This document shows positions 1 to 10,259 of a DNA stretch of 64,000 nucleotides, in pieces; the stretch's first letter is position 1; every line of letters begins with the position of its first letter. The notes beneath the pieces were generated by a model. It ran no database searches, was not told where the DNA came from, and saw only the letters and a program-made list of their open reading frames with translations. The position numbers and the translations under genes are program-made. Source of the DNA: Candidatus Krumholzibacteriia bacterium (GTDB taxonomy: Bacteria > Krumholzibacteriota > Krumholzibacteriia > LZORAL124-64-63); contig CAWGRT010000008.1 of NCBI GenBank assembly GCA_963825035.1, positions 183,775 through 247,774 on the forward strand, read 5' to 3'.

Positions 1-43
1 CGGACGGCGCAGGCGGCCGCCACCAGGCTCTTCTCGCGTTCGG

Positions 44-1233
44 TCACGGGGTGTCTCCCTTGGTCAGCGCGGGCAGGAAGCTCGCGCCCTTGCGGGGCGG
101 CCGGCAGCCGAAGAAGTCGGCCACCGTGGCGCCCAGGTCCATGAACCCCTCGCGCACGCCCAGGGGCACGCCGGGCTCGCGGCCCACCAGACGCGCCAGC
201 AGGGGCACCTGCTCCCGCGAGTGGTCGGTGCTGGGCGTGGTGGGGTCGTTGCCGTGGTCGGCGGTGATCAGCAGCAGCTCGCCCGCCGGCTGCCGGTCCA
301 GGAAGCCGCCCAGCCAGACGTCGAAGGCCTCCAGGCCGCCCTTCATCCCCTCGGGGTCGTTGCGGTGGCCCCACAGCATGTCGAAGTCCACGAGGTTCAG
401 CAGGATCAGCTCGGGCCCGTCGGCCGGCTGCGCGCACAGCTCGTCCAGCTTGGCCATGCCCTCGCCGTTGTTGTGCGAGGCGAAGGTCTCGTCGATGCCC
501 ACGCCCGCGTACAGGTCGTAGATCTTGCCGATGGAACGCACCTTGACCCCGGCCTCCTGGAGCACCGGCAGGATCAGCCCCGCCGGCGGCGGCACGGAGT
601 AGTCGTGGCGGTAGGGGGTGCGCTCGTAGGCGCCGCTGGGCCCGGTGAAGGGCCGGGCGATGACGCGGCTCACCCCGTGGGGCGGCACCAGCATCTCCCG
701 CGCCTTCTCGCACACCCGGTACAGCTCCGCCAGGGGGCAGACCGCATCGTGGGCGGCGATCTGGAAGACGCTGTCGGCCGAGGTGTAGACGATGAGCTTG
801 CGCGTGGCGATGTGCTCGTCCCCCAGCTCGGCGATGATGGCGGTGCCGCTGGCGGCCTTGTTGCCGAGAACGCCCCAGCCGGTGCGGCGGGTGAACTCGT
901 CGATCACCGCGGCCGGGAAGCCGTCGGGGTAGGTGGGGAAGGGCTCGGCGGTGACCAGGCCCATCAGCTCCCAGTGGCCGGTGGTGGAGTCCTTGCCCGC
1001 GGAGACCTCCTGCAGGCGACCCCACGCGGCCAGGGGCGCGTCGGCGGGGTCCGCTCCCGGCAGGGGATGGATGTTGCCCAGGCCGAGGGAGGCCAGGTGG
1101 GGGACGTGCAGGCCGCCCACCGCGGCGGCCAGGTTGCCCAGGGTGTCGCTGCCGGCGTCGCCGTAGCGGTCCGCGTCGGGAGCCCCGCCCACGCCGACGC
1201 CGTCGAGCACGATGAGGATGGCGCGTGCCATGA
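44..1233 (-). CDS. deoB: Phosphopentomutase. Reads intact (~396 aa) from [11 protein letters not shown] to the stop at 44.
   Basis: The translation carries the alkaline-phosphatase-like phosphopentomutase signature ([32 protein letters not shown]). Start ATG at 1231-1233. Confidence 0.85.
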
Positions 1234-1365
1234 TGTCTCTCCTTGTCCTCCGCGCGCCGGGGTCCACCGGGCGCAACGGAATCCTCCAAGGGTAGTTGCG
1301 CCCCCCTGCCCCCGTCAACACAGCTTCCGCTTGCCTGGCGTCGGGCGCGGCTTACAATAGCGCCC

Positions 1366-2770
1366 ATGAGCGGAGACCTCTTCAACCCCGAGAACCCCGA
1401 GCCGGAGCGCGAGCCCGCGCCCGGCGCGGCCGACGCGCCCGCGTCCGCCGCGCCTTTGGCCGACCGCATGCGCCCGCGCAGCCTGGACGAGGTGGTGGGC
1501 CAGGACGAGTTGCTGGGACCGCGGGGGCCCCTGCGCCTGCTGCTGGAGGCGGACAGCCTGCCCTCGCTGCTGCTGTGGGGCCCGCCCGGTTGCGGCAAGA
1601 CGACCCTGGCGCGCCTGGCGGCCAGGCACACCCGCGCGCGGTTCCTCGAGTACAGCGCCGTGGCGGTGGGCTCCAAGGAGTTGAAGGGCGTCATGGCCGA
1701 AGCCGCCAAGCTGAAGCGCGCCGTCGGCACCCGCACCATCCTCTTCCTGGACGAGATCCATCGCTTCAACAAGGCCCAGCAGGACGCCCTGCTGCCCTGG
1801 GTGGAGCGGGGCGACGTGACCCTGATCGGGGCCACCACCGAGAACCCCAGCTTCGAGGTGAACAGCGCGCTGCATCTCGCGCACGCGGCTGTTCGTGCTC
1901 AAGGCCCTGGACCCGGCGGCGGTGCGCGTCCTGCTGGAGCGCGCCCTGGCCGGGGAGCGCGGACTGGCCGGCGCCCTGGACCTGACCGGCGACGCCCTGG
2001 ACGCCCTGGCCGTGGCCAGCGAGGGCGACGCCCGCGCGGCCCTGGGGCAGCTCGAGACCCTCGCCGCGGCGATGGCGGCGGGCGCGGTGCCCGAGGCGGC
2101 CGACGGCCCCCTGGACACGGACGCGGTGGCCCGGGTGCTGGCCAGCCGCGCGGTGCGCTTCGACAAGGCCGGCGAGGAGCACTTCAACCTCATCAGCGCC
2201 CTGCACAAGAGCCTGCGCAACAGCGACGTGCAGGCCGCGGTGTACTGGCTGGTGCGCATGCTCGAAGGCGGCGAGGACCCCCTCTACCTGGCGCGGCGCC
2301 TGGTGCGGTTCGCCAGCGAGGACATCGGCCTGGCCGAGCCCCAGGCCCTGGTCCAGGCCCTGGCCGCCCGGGATGCGGTCCACTTCATCGGCATGCCCGA
2401 GGGTCGGCTGGCCCTGCTGCAGGCGACGGTGTACCTGGCCCTCTCGCCCAAGAGCAACGCCCTGTACCGGGCGGGCGCCCAGGCCGAGGCCGAGGTGCGG
2501 CGCGGCGCCAGCCCGCCGGTGCCCATGCACCTGCGCAACGCCCCCACGCGCCTGATGAAGGACCTGGGCATGGGCGACGGCTACGTCTACGCCCCGGACA
2601 CCCGCGAGGGCATCGCGCGCATGGACTGCCTGCCCCCCGGCCTGGCGGGCCGGCAGTTCTACGACCCGCGCGGCCGCGGTTTCGAACGGGAGCTGAAGGA
2701 CCGCCTCGACAAGCTCCGCAACTGGCACGCCCGGCGGGGAGACCCCTCCGCCGGGGACGGGAACGAGTGA
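1366..2770 (+). CDS. rarA: Replication-associated recombination protein A (AAA+ ATPase RarA/MgsA). Carries a single-base frameshift near 1873.
   Basis: N-terminal half is in frame 1 ([43 protein letters not shown]). C-terminal half is in frame 2 ([12 protein letters not shown] to the end, ORF 1895..2770). Around 1870-1876, ctgcatctcgcg would read as the canonical ctgctctcgcg (NSALLSRTR) without the extra 'a'. Confidence 0.85.
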
Positions 2771-2793
2771 CACACGAGTCCGGGAGGACCTGC

Positions 2794-3784
2794 ATGAAAC
2801 GTATCGGAGTGCTGACCGGCGGCGGCGACTCGGCCGGCATGAACCCCGCGGTGCGCGCGGTGGTGCGCACGGCCTGGCACCACGGCGCCGAGGTCATCGG
2901 CATCCGCCGCGGCTGGCGCGGCCTGGCCGAGGGGGCCTTCGAGACCATGACGCCCGGTTCGGTCAGCGGCATCCTGCACCAGGGCGGCACCATCCTGCGC
3001 ACCTTCCGCTACCCGGAATTCGCCACGCCCGAGGGCACGGCGCCGGTGGCCCGCAGCCTGAAGAAGATGAAGCTGGACGGCCTGGTGGTGATCGGCGGCG
3101 ACGGCAGCTTCCGCGGCGCGTCGAAGCTGCAGCGCGAGTTCGGCCTGCCCTGCATCGGCGTGCCGGCGACCATCGACAACGACATCCCCGGCACCGACAT
3201 GTCCATCGGCTTCGACACGGCCCTGAACATCGCCATCGACGCCGTGGACAAGATCCGCGATACCGCCACCAGCCACGGGCGCATCTTCGTGATCGAGGTC
3301 ATGGGGCGCGAGTACGGCCTGCTGGCCGCGCAGACGGCCATCGCCTCGGGCGCCGAGGAGGTGCTGCTGCCGGAGATCCCCTACAACCTGGACGAGGTCT
3401 GCCGACGCATCACCGCCGGCTACGACCGGGGCAAGCAGCACGCCATCATCATCGTGGCCGAAGGCGCCGGCAAGGCCAGCCACGTGACCTTCGAGATCCG
3501 CGAGCGGCTGCAGCGGGACGTGCGCATGGCGGTGCTGGGGCACATCCAGCGGGGCGGCTCGCCCTCGGGCTACGACCGCATCCTGGCCTCGCGCCTGGGC
3601 CACCGGGCGACGGAGCTGCTGTTCGCCGGCGAGTCGGGCGTGATGGTGGGCATCGTGGCCAACAAGTTCAAGACCACGTCCCTGGACAAGAAGGGCCGGA
3701 TGTCGGCCAAGGCGGTGCTGCGCGACGCGGCCAGGAGATCCTGGCCTGAGGGAGATCCTCGGCCTGAACGGAATCCCGACCTGA
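2794..3784 (+). CDS. pfkA: ATP-dependent 6-phosphofructokinase. The C-terminal end is ambiguous: candidate stops at 3747 or 3782 in other frames, while the frame-1 ORF runs spuriously on to 3975.
   Basis: [42 protein letters not shown] and HIQRGGSPS are classic PfkA motifs. ATG at 2794. The low-complexity tail after RDAARR suggests an indel near 3720-3750. Confidence 0.8.
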
Positions 3785-3804
3785 CCGCGGCCGCGCGCCG
3801 GACG

Positions 3805-3834
3805 CGAACGGGCTCCCCGCGGGGAGCCCGTTCG
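3805..3834. terminator. GC-rich perfect hairpin (cgaacgggctcc..ggagcccgttcg) between the convergent pfkA and lipoprotein genes. Likely a bidirectional terminator with no U-tract.
   Basis: Inverted repeat read directly from the sequence. It sits between two convergent gene ends. Confidence 0.45.
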
Positions 3835-3862
3835 CTGTGTCGGTCGTCGCGGCGGTGCCGCG

Positions 3863-4768
3863 CTACTCGTTCCGCGCTGCCCTTCGACGTAGGTGTTGGC
3901 GTACTGGAACCAGTTCACCCGCATCGTGCCCACCACGTGGCCCAGACCTCGTACTCCATCTTGCGCGCGGTGTAGTCTTCGTCAGGGACAGCACCGTGAA
4001 CGCGCCGATCAGGGGCAGGTCCTTGGCCTTGAGCAGCTCCAGCATCCACTCGGCGCCGGGGGTCAGGTCCGACCATGCTGCAGGGAGCACTCGTCGCCCA
4101 CCGCGTACCAGGCGTAGTCCTCGGGGCCCGGGTTCGCCTTGGCGCTGTCGGGCAGGTCGATCCGCGGCACGTAGACGAAGTTCGCGAAGGCGCTCTTGAT
4201 CGTCTTGACGGGATCGCCCTCGTTCTCGGGCAGGAAGGTGGCGCTTGGCCTCGTCGATGTCCTTGCGGTTCCAGCCGATCTCCGGCAGCGGCGCGCCCGG
4301 CATCTCGTTGTCGATGGCGCCCGAGCGCAGCAGCGCCGGCAGCACGTAGTCCTTGGGCGTGGGCAGGCTGTCGGCGACCACCACGCCGTTCTGCTTGATG
4401 CGGCGCAGCACCAGGTGCGTGGGCTGGGGCGTGAAGGTCTTCTGGACGCCCAGCAGGGTCGCCGCGTCGAGGCTCCGGTAGCGGTTCTCCAGGTCGTCGC
4501 CCACCAGGAATTCGAGGAGGTTCTTGTCGTTGCCGCGGCCGCGGATGATGGCGACGTTGCCCTGCACGTAGTCGAACTCCGGCGCGTCGATCTCGAACAG
4601 GAAGTTGGTGCTCAGGGTGTCGCCGCAGATGACCCGGCGCAGGGAGTCGTAGACGTAGGGGTCCACCTCTTTCTTGCCGCCGCAGCCGGTCAGGCCGACC
4701 AGGGTCACGGCCAGCAGGCCGAGCAGGATGACGGGAACCCAGCGACGCAGGGTAGACACACCGAACAT
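3863..4768 (-). CDS. Lipoprotein of unknown function. Has a signal peptide with lipobox LTGC and at least 3-4 single-base frameshifts (~4243, ~4068, ~3990, ~3945).
   Basis: N-terminus [31 protein letters not shown]. Protein-like segments continue in shifted frames: [45 protein letters not shown], then [31 protein letters not shown], then [15 protein letters not shown]. Confidence 0.55.
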   Translation of the reverse strand: MFGVSTLRRWVPVILLGLLAVTLVGLTGCGGKKEVDPYVYDSLRRVICGDTLSTNFLFEIDAPEFDYVQGNVAIIRGRGNDKNLLEFLVGDDLENRYRSLDAATLLGVQKTFTPQPTHLVLRRIKQNGVVVADSLPTPKDYVLPALLRSGAIDNEMPGAPLPEIGWNRKDIDEAKRHLPARERGRSRQDDQERLRELRLRAADRPARQRQGEPGPRGLRLVRGGRRVLPAAWSDLTPGAEWMLELLKAKDLPLIGAFTVLSLTKTTPRARWSTRSGPRGGHDAGELVPVRQHLRRRAARNE

Positions 4769-4986
4769 GAACGAACCTCCCAATTGGTACATGCCCTCGC
4801 CCCGCCGGTGGGATGCAGGGCGGCGATCGACGGAACACCGGGCCGGACCGGGTGATCCTAGGCCCGGCGCCAGGCAAGGTCAACGAATGACTCGCCGTCT
4901 CAACCCCATGAAATTGGGGCATAGCTCGGCATAAAAAGCAAATGCATTCGCGCCGGCGGCGGCGCGCTGTCCGGGCGGACCGGCGT

Positions 4987-5690
4987 TCACAGCCGGGGCA
5001 GGTGGCGCACGGCGGCCAGCACGGCGCGCGGCGCCTTCGATCCCGCCCTCCCAGAGGGACTGGAAGATCTGCCAGTGGCCCGGCATCAGGACGCCCGCCG
5101 AGGAGAACAGGCGCGAGAACCGCGCCCGGCGCCGGCCCTGGCGGATAGCCGGGCAGGCCCGCCCGCTGCAGGCGGCCGTCCACGCACCACGTCCCAGGCC
5201 GCGGCGAAGGCCTCGGCCAGGGCCGCGGGGATCAGGTTCCGGCACCACCCGTCCGTCGAGGAGGTCGCCGGCCAGGGCGAGCTGGTGGTGGAGGAACGCG
5301 TTGGTCTCGGCCGGCGAGAAGCGCGCGTCGACGAAGGGCTCCTCGTCCCGGGGCGCGGCGACCTGCTCCCAGACCGCGCGGCCCGGCTCGACCGCGCCCG
5401 CGGCCCGGATCGCAGAAGGCGGCCGGCGCGCAGTAGAGGGTCAGCACCGGGGCCGACCGCGCCGGGACCGCCCGGGTCCAGGCGCAGCCAGCCGTCGTCG
5501 CCGTCGGGCAGGTCGTCGCAGCAGACGACCACCGCCGACAGGGCATCCCTCAGCTCCAGGTGGCGCAGGGCCGCCAGGGCCCGGGGCGCCACCAGTTCGG
5601 CCAGCTCGGGCGCGCAGGCCAGGCAGCGCACCTCCGGTCCGGGGTTGCCGTCGCGGTCGTCCACGGGATCAGGCCCCGACCACCATGGCC
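4987..5690 (-). CDS. Hypothetical protein, possibly nucleotidyltransferase-like or DUF2064-like. Frameshifted; the start is uncertain and overlaps the end of the lyase gene.
   Basis: Protein-like segments across three frames: CLACAPELAELVAPRALAALRHLELRDALSAVVVCCDDLPDGDDGWLRLDPGG; AVWEQVAAPRDEEPFVDARFSPAETNAFLHHQLALAGDLLDGRVVP; MPGHWQIFQSLWEGGIEGAA..AVLAAVRHLPRL, then the stop at 4987. Confidence 0.35.
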
Positions 5691-5699
5691 GCCGCCCGT

Positions 5700-7073
5700 G
5701 ACCGGCTTCAGGCGCACGGTGAAGTGCCGCAGCTGCGGCGGCTGCCAGACGATCTCCAGGCCGCGCAGGCGTTCGGCCATGCGCCACCACGTCGGCGCAG
5801 CACTCGGCCACGTAGTCCAGCTGGGTGTGGGTGTAGACCCGCCGCGGCACCGCCAGGCGCACCAGCTCGTTGGCCGGGTGCACCAGCTCCCCCGTGTCGG
5901 GATCCTTGTGCTCGAACATCAGGCTGCCGATCTCCACCGCCCGCACGCCGCCCTCCAGGTACAGGGCCGCGGTGAAGACCTGGGCCGGGAACTGGGACGG
6001 CGGGATGTGGGGCAGCGCCGCCTTGGCGTCGAGGTAGACGGCGTGGCCGCCGGTGGGGTGCAGGTAGGGCACCCCCAGCTCGTCCAGGCGTCGGCCGAGG
6101 CGCGCCACCTGGCCGATGCGGTAGTCCAGGTAGTCCTGGTCCAGCACTTCGTGCAGCCCCTGGGCGATGGCCGCCAGGTCGCGCCCCGCCAGGCCGCCGT
6201 AGGTGGGGAAGCCCTCCCGCAGGATCAGCAGGTTCGTGACGTTCTGGGCCCACTCGTCGTCGTCCAGGCAGACGAAGCCGCCGATGTTGGCCAGCCCGTC
6301 CTTCTTGGCGCTCATGGTGCAGCCGTCGCCGTGGGAGAACATCTCCTGGGCGATGGACTTGATGCTGCGGTCGCGCGTACCCGGCCTCGCGCTGCTGGAT
6401 GAACCAGGCGTTCTCGGCGAAACGGCAGGCGTCGAAGATCAGGCGCTTGCCCCGGGCGTGCGCGAACTCGGACACGGCCTTGATGTTGCCCATGGACACC
6501 GGCTGGCCGCCGCCGCTGTTGTTGGTGATCGTCAGCATCACGAAGGGGATGCGGTCGGCGCCGTACTTCTCGAACGCGGCGGCGAGCTTGCCCAGGTCCA
6601 TGTCGCCCTTGAACGGCGCGTCCAGGCGCGGGTCCAGGCCCTCGGCGCCGATGCAGTCCAGTGCGATGGCGCCCCGGAACTCGACGTTGGCGCGGGTGGT
6701 GTCGAAGTGGATGTTGTTGGGCACCACGTCGCCCTCGTTCGACCACGGCCGTGAAGAGCAGCCCCTCGGCGGCGCGGCCCTGGTGGGCGGGGATGACGTG
6801 CTTGTAGCCGAAGAGTTCGCGGATGGTGTCGCGGAACCCCAGGAACGAGGTGCTGCAGGCGTAGGCCTCGTCGCCGGTCATCAGCGCGCCCCACTGCAGG
6901 TCGCTCATGGCGCTGGTGCCGCTGTCGGTCAGCAGGTCCACGTAGATGGCCGCGGACGGGATCTTGAAGATGTTGTAGCCCGCCTCTTCCAGCAGGCGGG
7001 CGCGCTCCTCGCGGCTGACCCGGCGGATCCTCTCGACGACCTTGATCCGGTAGGGCTCGAACGGCAGTTCCAT
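5700..7073 (-). CDS. tpl: Tyrosine phenol-lyase / tryptophanase family beta-eliminating lyase. Has at least 3 frameshifts (~6745, ~6370, ~5700).
   Basis: MELPFEPYRIKVVE..AHQGRAAEGLLFTAVV, then VVPNNIHFDTTRANVEFRG..FKGDMDLGKL..NNSGGGQPVSMGNIKAV..FDACRFAENAWFIQQREAGYA, then SIKSIAQEMFSHGDGCTMSAKKDGLANIGGF..FPTYGGLAGRD..EIGSLMF, then AERLRGLEIVWQPPQLRHFTVRLKPV. This matches Citrobacter TPL closely. Confidence 0.8.
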
Positions 7074-7203
7074 GGCAGGGCTCCTCGCGCGCTGCGGGTG
7101 GTGGGCCGGCCGCAGCGGGCCCCGGTCCGTGGCGTCCCCGCAAAACTAGCCCGCCGGGGTGCGGCGAACAAGGTCCGCGTGGGCGGCCGCGGCGGCGGTG
7201 GGT

Positions 7204-10124
7204 TCAGGCCTCGGCCAGGGGGGAACGGTCCTGATACAGGACCAGTGCCGCGTCGGTGAGGCGGGAGAGGATCCGGTAGTGCTGGCGCGGGTCCTCGCCC
7301 CCCAGGCACAGGTACACGCCGCCGGCCACGGGCACGCCGGGAGCCCGCGTCGCCGGGGCCAGGCGGACGAAGGGACGGTCGGGCGCCGGGTCGGGCAGGC
7401 CCAGGTCGCCGGCGAGGGTGGTCCACCACGCCTGCCACAGGGCATCGTCCGGCAGTTCGGCCAGGGTGCGCCCGCCCCACTCCGCCAGCAGGGCGTCCAG
7501 GCGACGTCGCGCCGCCGGCAGGACGAGCGCCGGCGCGGCGTCCGGCTGCCGCAGCAGCAGTGCGGCCAGGTCCGCCAGGGTCGTCCCGCGGGGATCGGGC
7601 AGCGGCGCCGGCGGCCAGGGCGCCCCGGCGGCACGGCCCGGGGCCAGGCGTGCCAGGATGCCGTCGGCCGCGGCCGGCGGCGGCCCGGCGGGCGCCGCGG
7701 CCGCGTCTTCCTTCGATTCGTCGGCGGCGGTCGATTCCCCCGCGGCGGCGCCGTCCCGGCGCCATGCGCCCGCGGCGGCCAGCACGTCGGCGGCGGCCGC
7801 CAACAGGTCGCAGGGACCCGGCAGGGCCAGCCGATCGAGGCTCTCCTCGTCCACCGCCAGCCAGCCGTGGTTCCGCAGGGCGGCCGCCAGGTAGTCCAGA
7901 TCCGAGGTCAGGGGCGCGATCACCCGCAGGCGCGTCGGCAGCAGACCGTCGCTGCGGGCGGTGAGGATGCGGGCCACGCCCTGGTCCAGGTTGGCCGCGT
8001 ACTCGGCCACGACCTCGCCCCGCTCGCGGCGTCGCGGACGATTGGGCCCGGCCAGGGGCTCGGGCACCAGGTTGCGCACCTGCTCCCAGAGGCGCCGTGC
8101 CTGGTCGCTGCTGCTCCTCCAGCGCCAGCACGTCGCTGGTGCGCGGCGTGGTCAGGAAGAGGTTTTCCCAGGACTCGACCCCGGCCGCCGGGTCCACGCT
8201 CATGAGCAGGCGCCGGCCCCGGCCGTGCTGGGCGATGCGGTAGCGCACCTCCGGTGCGAAGCGTTGGATCTCCAGCATCACCACCACGTCGTCCCGGCCC
8301 GGAGAACCGGTTCCGGCCGGCGGCGGCGCTGCGGCGGGTTCGGGCAGGTCGCCTTCGTCGGTCAGGCGCAGGTCCAGAGCCAGCCCCGCGCCAAGGGCGG
8401 CGCGCGCGGCCGCCGCAGCCGCGGCGACGTCGGGGCAGTACACGGTCACGTCGCCCGGGTCGTCGCCCCGCGCCGCGGCCCGGGCCAGCCCGGCCATCGT
8501 GCTCGCCAGGCGGCCCGATCCGGCCAGGCCCCGCAGCACCAGGAAGGCGGGCTCCGCCGTCTCGCCGCCGAGGCGGGCCGTCCGGTCGACGGCCTCCGCC
8601 GCCGCGGTGCCGCCGTGGTTCCCCTGCCCGAAGAGGGCGCGCAGGCCGCCGCCGCCGACGTCCCGGTCCGCGTCCGGGGGCGTCGGCCGGCCGCCGAGAG
8701 CGCCGGCCAGGGTCCAGGCCTCGTGCCGCGTCCGCACCGTCGCGCTGTCAGCGAGGGTCAGCAGGTCCACCAGCGGCAGGGTCTCGTCTCCTGCCGGGCC
8801 GAACCAGCGCCAGAAGCCCAGGGCCGTCCCGAGGTCCAGGAACGTCTGCTCGTCCGGACGCAGTTCGACCAGGCCCGTGTCCACGAGGAAACCGCCGCCG
8901 GTCTCCACCGCCGCGCCCATCACGTCCTTGATCCGGCGCCGGAACAGGTCCACGTCGGCCTGCAGCGCCGCCAGCACCTGATCCAGGGGCCGGGTCGGTC
9001 CCGCCAGCCGCCGGGTGGAGGCCAGGGTGCCGCGGGGCGCCGCATAGACCAGGCCCGCGGTGCCGACGCCGCCGCCCAGGAGCCAGGTGTCCGCATCCTG
9101 CAGGGCTCCCGCGTCGGCCCGGGCGGGCGGCTGGGCCAGGTCGATCCACGTGCGTCCGCCCGCCGGCGTGCGCCCCAGCCACAGGGGCAGGAAGAGTCCG
9201 AGGGTCTCCCCCAGGCGATCCAGCCGGCCTTCCAGTTCGGCAAAGCGGGCCGGGATGAGCAGGGCGTGGCTGCGGGCACGTCCGTCGCGGTCGCCTGGGG
9301 CGTCGTCACCCGCGGCGGAAAGGGGATCGCCGGCCAGGCGCGCCGCCCAGCGGAGCACCCGCACCGCAGCCACCACCTGGGACGCGGCCAGGCCCGCCTG
9401 GACCGCCAGCTGCGACGCCGACACCAGTTCCCCGTCCAGGTCGGGCGACGCGCGGTCGGGAGCCGCCGCCTCCCGCCGTTCCTCCAGCAGGGGCCGCAGC
9501 CGGCCCAGCAGCCGGCGCAGTCGGGCCACCAGCGTGGCCGCCCGCAGGGCGCCGGTTTCCCCGGCCTCGACTGCGGCCGGCGGACCGTTCACCGTGACGC
9601 CCGTGGCCTCCGCCAGGAAATCGCGCCAGGGACCGGGCAGATCCCGCGCCTGCAGCACGACGGCCGGCGCCTCCAGGCGCAGCACCGCCCGCAGGGCCGC
9701 AGCCCGCACCTGGGCACGTCCCGCGGCCGGCGGGCAGCCAGGCGGGCAGGTCCGGCACCAGCACCAGCCGGGGCCGGTGGCGCGCCGTGTAGGCGGCGAC
9801 GCTGCCGTCCAGCAGATCCTCCGGCCGGACCCAGAGCACGGGCGCCGGCGCCCGGGTCCGGGCGGGCCAGGTGGAGCAGCCGGCCGCCCCGCAGCGGGCG
9901 ACGAGTTCGGCCGCGGCAGCCCAGCCCCGGGGGGCGACCACCAGGATCCAGGCGTCGAGCCGGCCCCGCTCCCAGGCGGCCTCGGCGCCGGCGAGCAAGG
10001 CGTCAGCAGACAGGCCGGATGCGCCCACTTCCAGCCGGGCACCCGTCGCGGGCCAGGCCACCGTCGCCGCATCCGCCGGTTGGTGCTCGCCCCGGGCCGC
10101 CAGCCACGCCGCAACCTCCGCCAC
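7204..10124 (-). CDS. Large uncharacterised protein of ~970 aa, frameshifted. It contains a degenerate SF1-helicase-like C-terminal motif and a Walker-A-like GLAGSGR with K replaced by R.
   Basis: GTG start at 10124 (VAEVAAWLAARGEHQ). Long protein-like run FLVDTGLVELRPDEQTFLDLGTALGFWRWFGP...FLVLRGLAGSGRLAST...DDVVVMLEIQRFAPEV..RLLMSVDPAAGVESWENLFLTTPRTSDVLALEE. After a frame change it continues VVAEYAANLDQGVARILTARSDG...GVYLCLGGEDPRQHYRILSRLTDAALVLYQDRSPLAEA to the stop at 7204. K is almost absent. Confidence 0.5.
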
Positions 10125-10259
10125 CAGGGACGGCGCCAGGCGCCGGCGGGCTTCGCCGCTGGTCTCGGGCAGGTCGAAGCAGCGGGCCCGCCCCCGGCGG
10201 CGAGCGCCGCTGCGGGTTCACCGCTCCAGGTTGCCGGCGCGGGCGCGGTTTCCGGTTGG

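Noticed and set aside
1243-3975. A 910-aa plus-strand ORF that looks like one giant gene
   Set aside because: It is rarA (frame 1, then frame 2 after an indel) followed by pfkA, joined by a spurious GC-rich open frame. The distal end overlaps the minus-strand lipoprotein gene and crosses an intergenic hairpin.
3720-3975. A C-terminal extension of pfkA to 3975
   Set aside because: The tail is low-complexity, runs antisense across the lipoprotein gene and passes through the intergenic hairpin at 3805-3834. The true stop is most likely at ~3749 or ~3784 after an indel.
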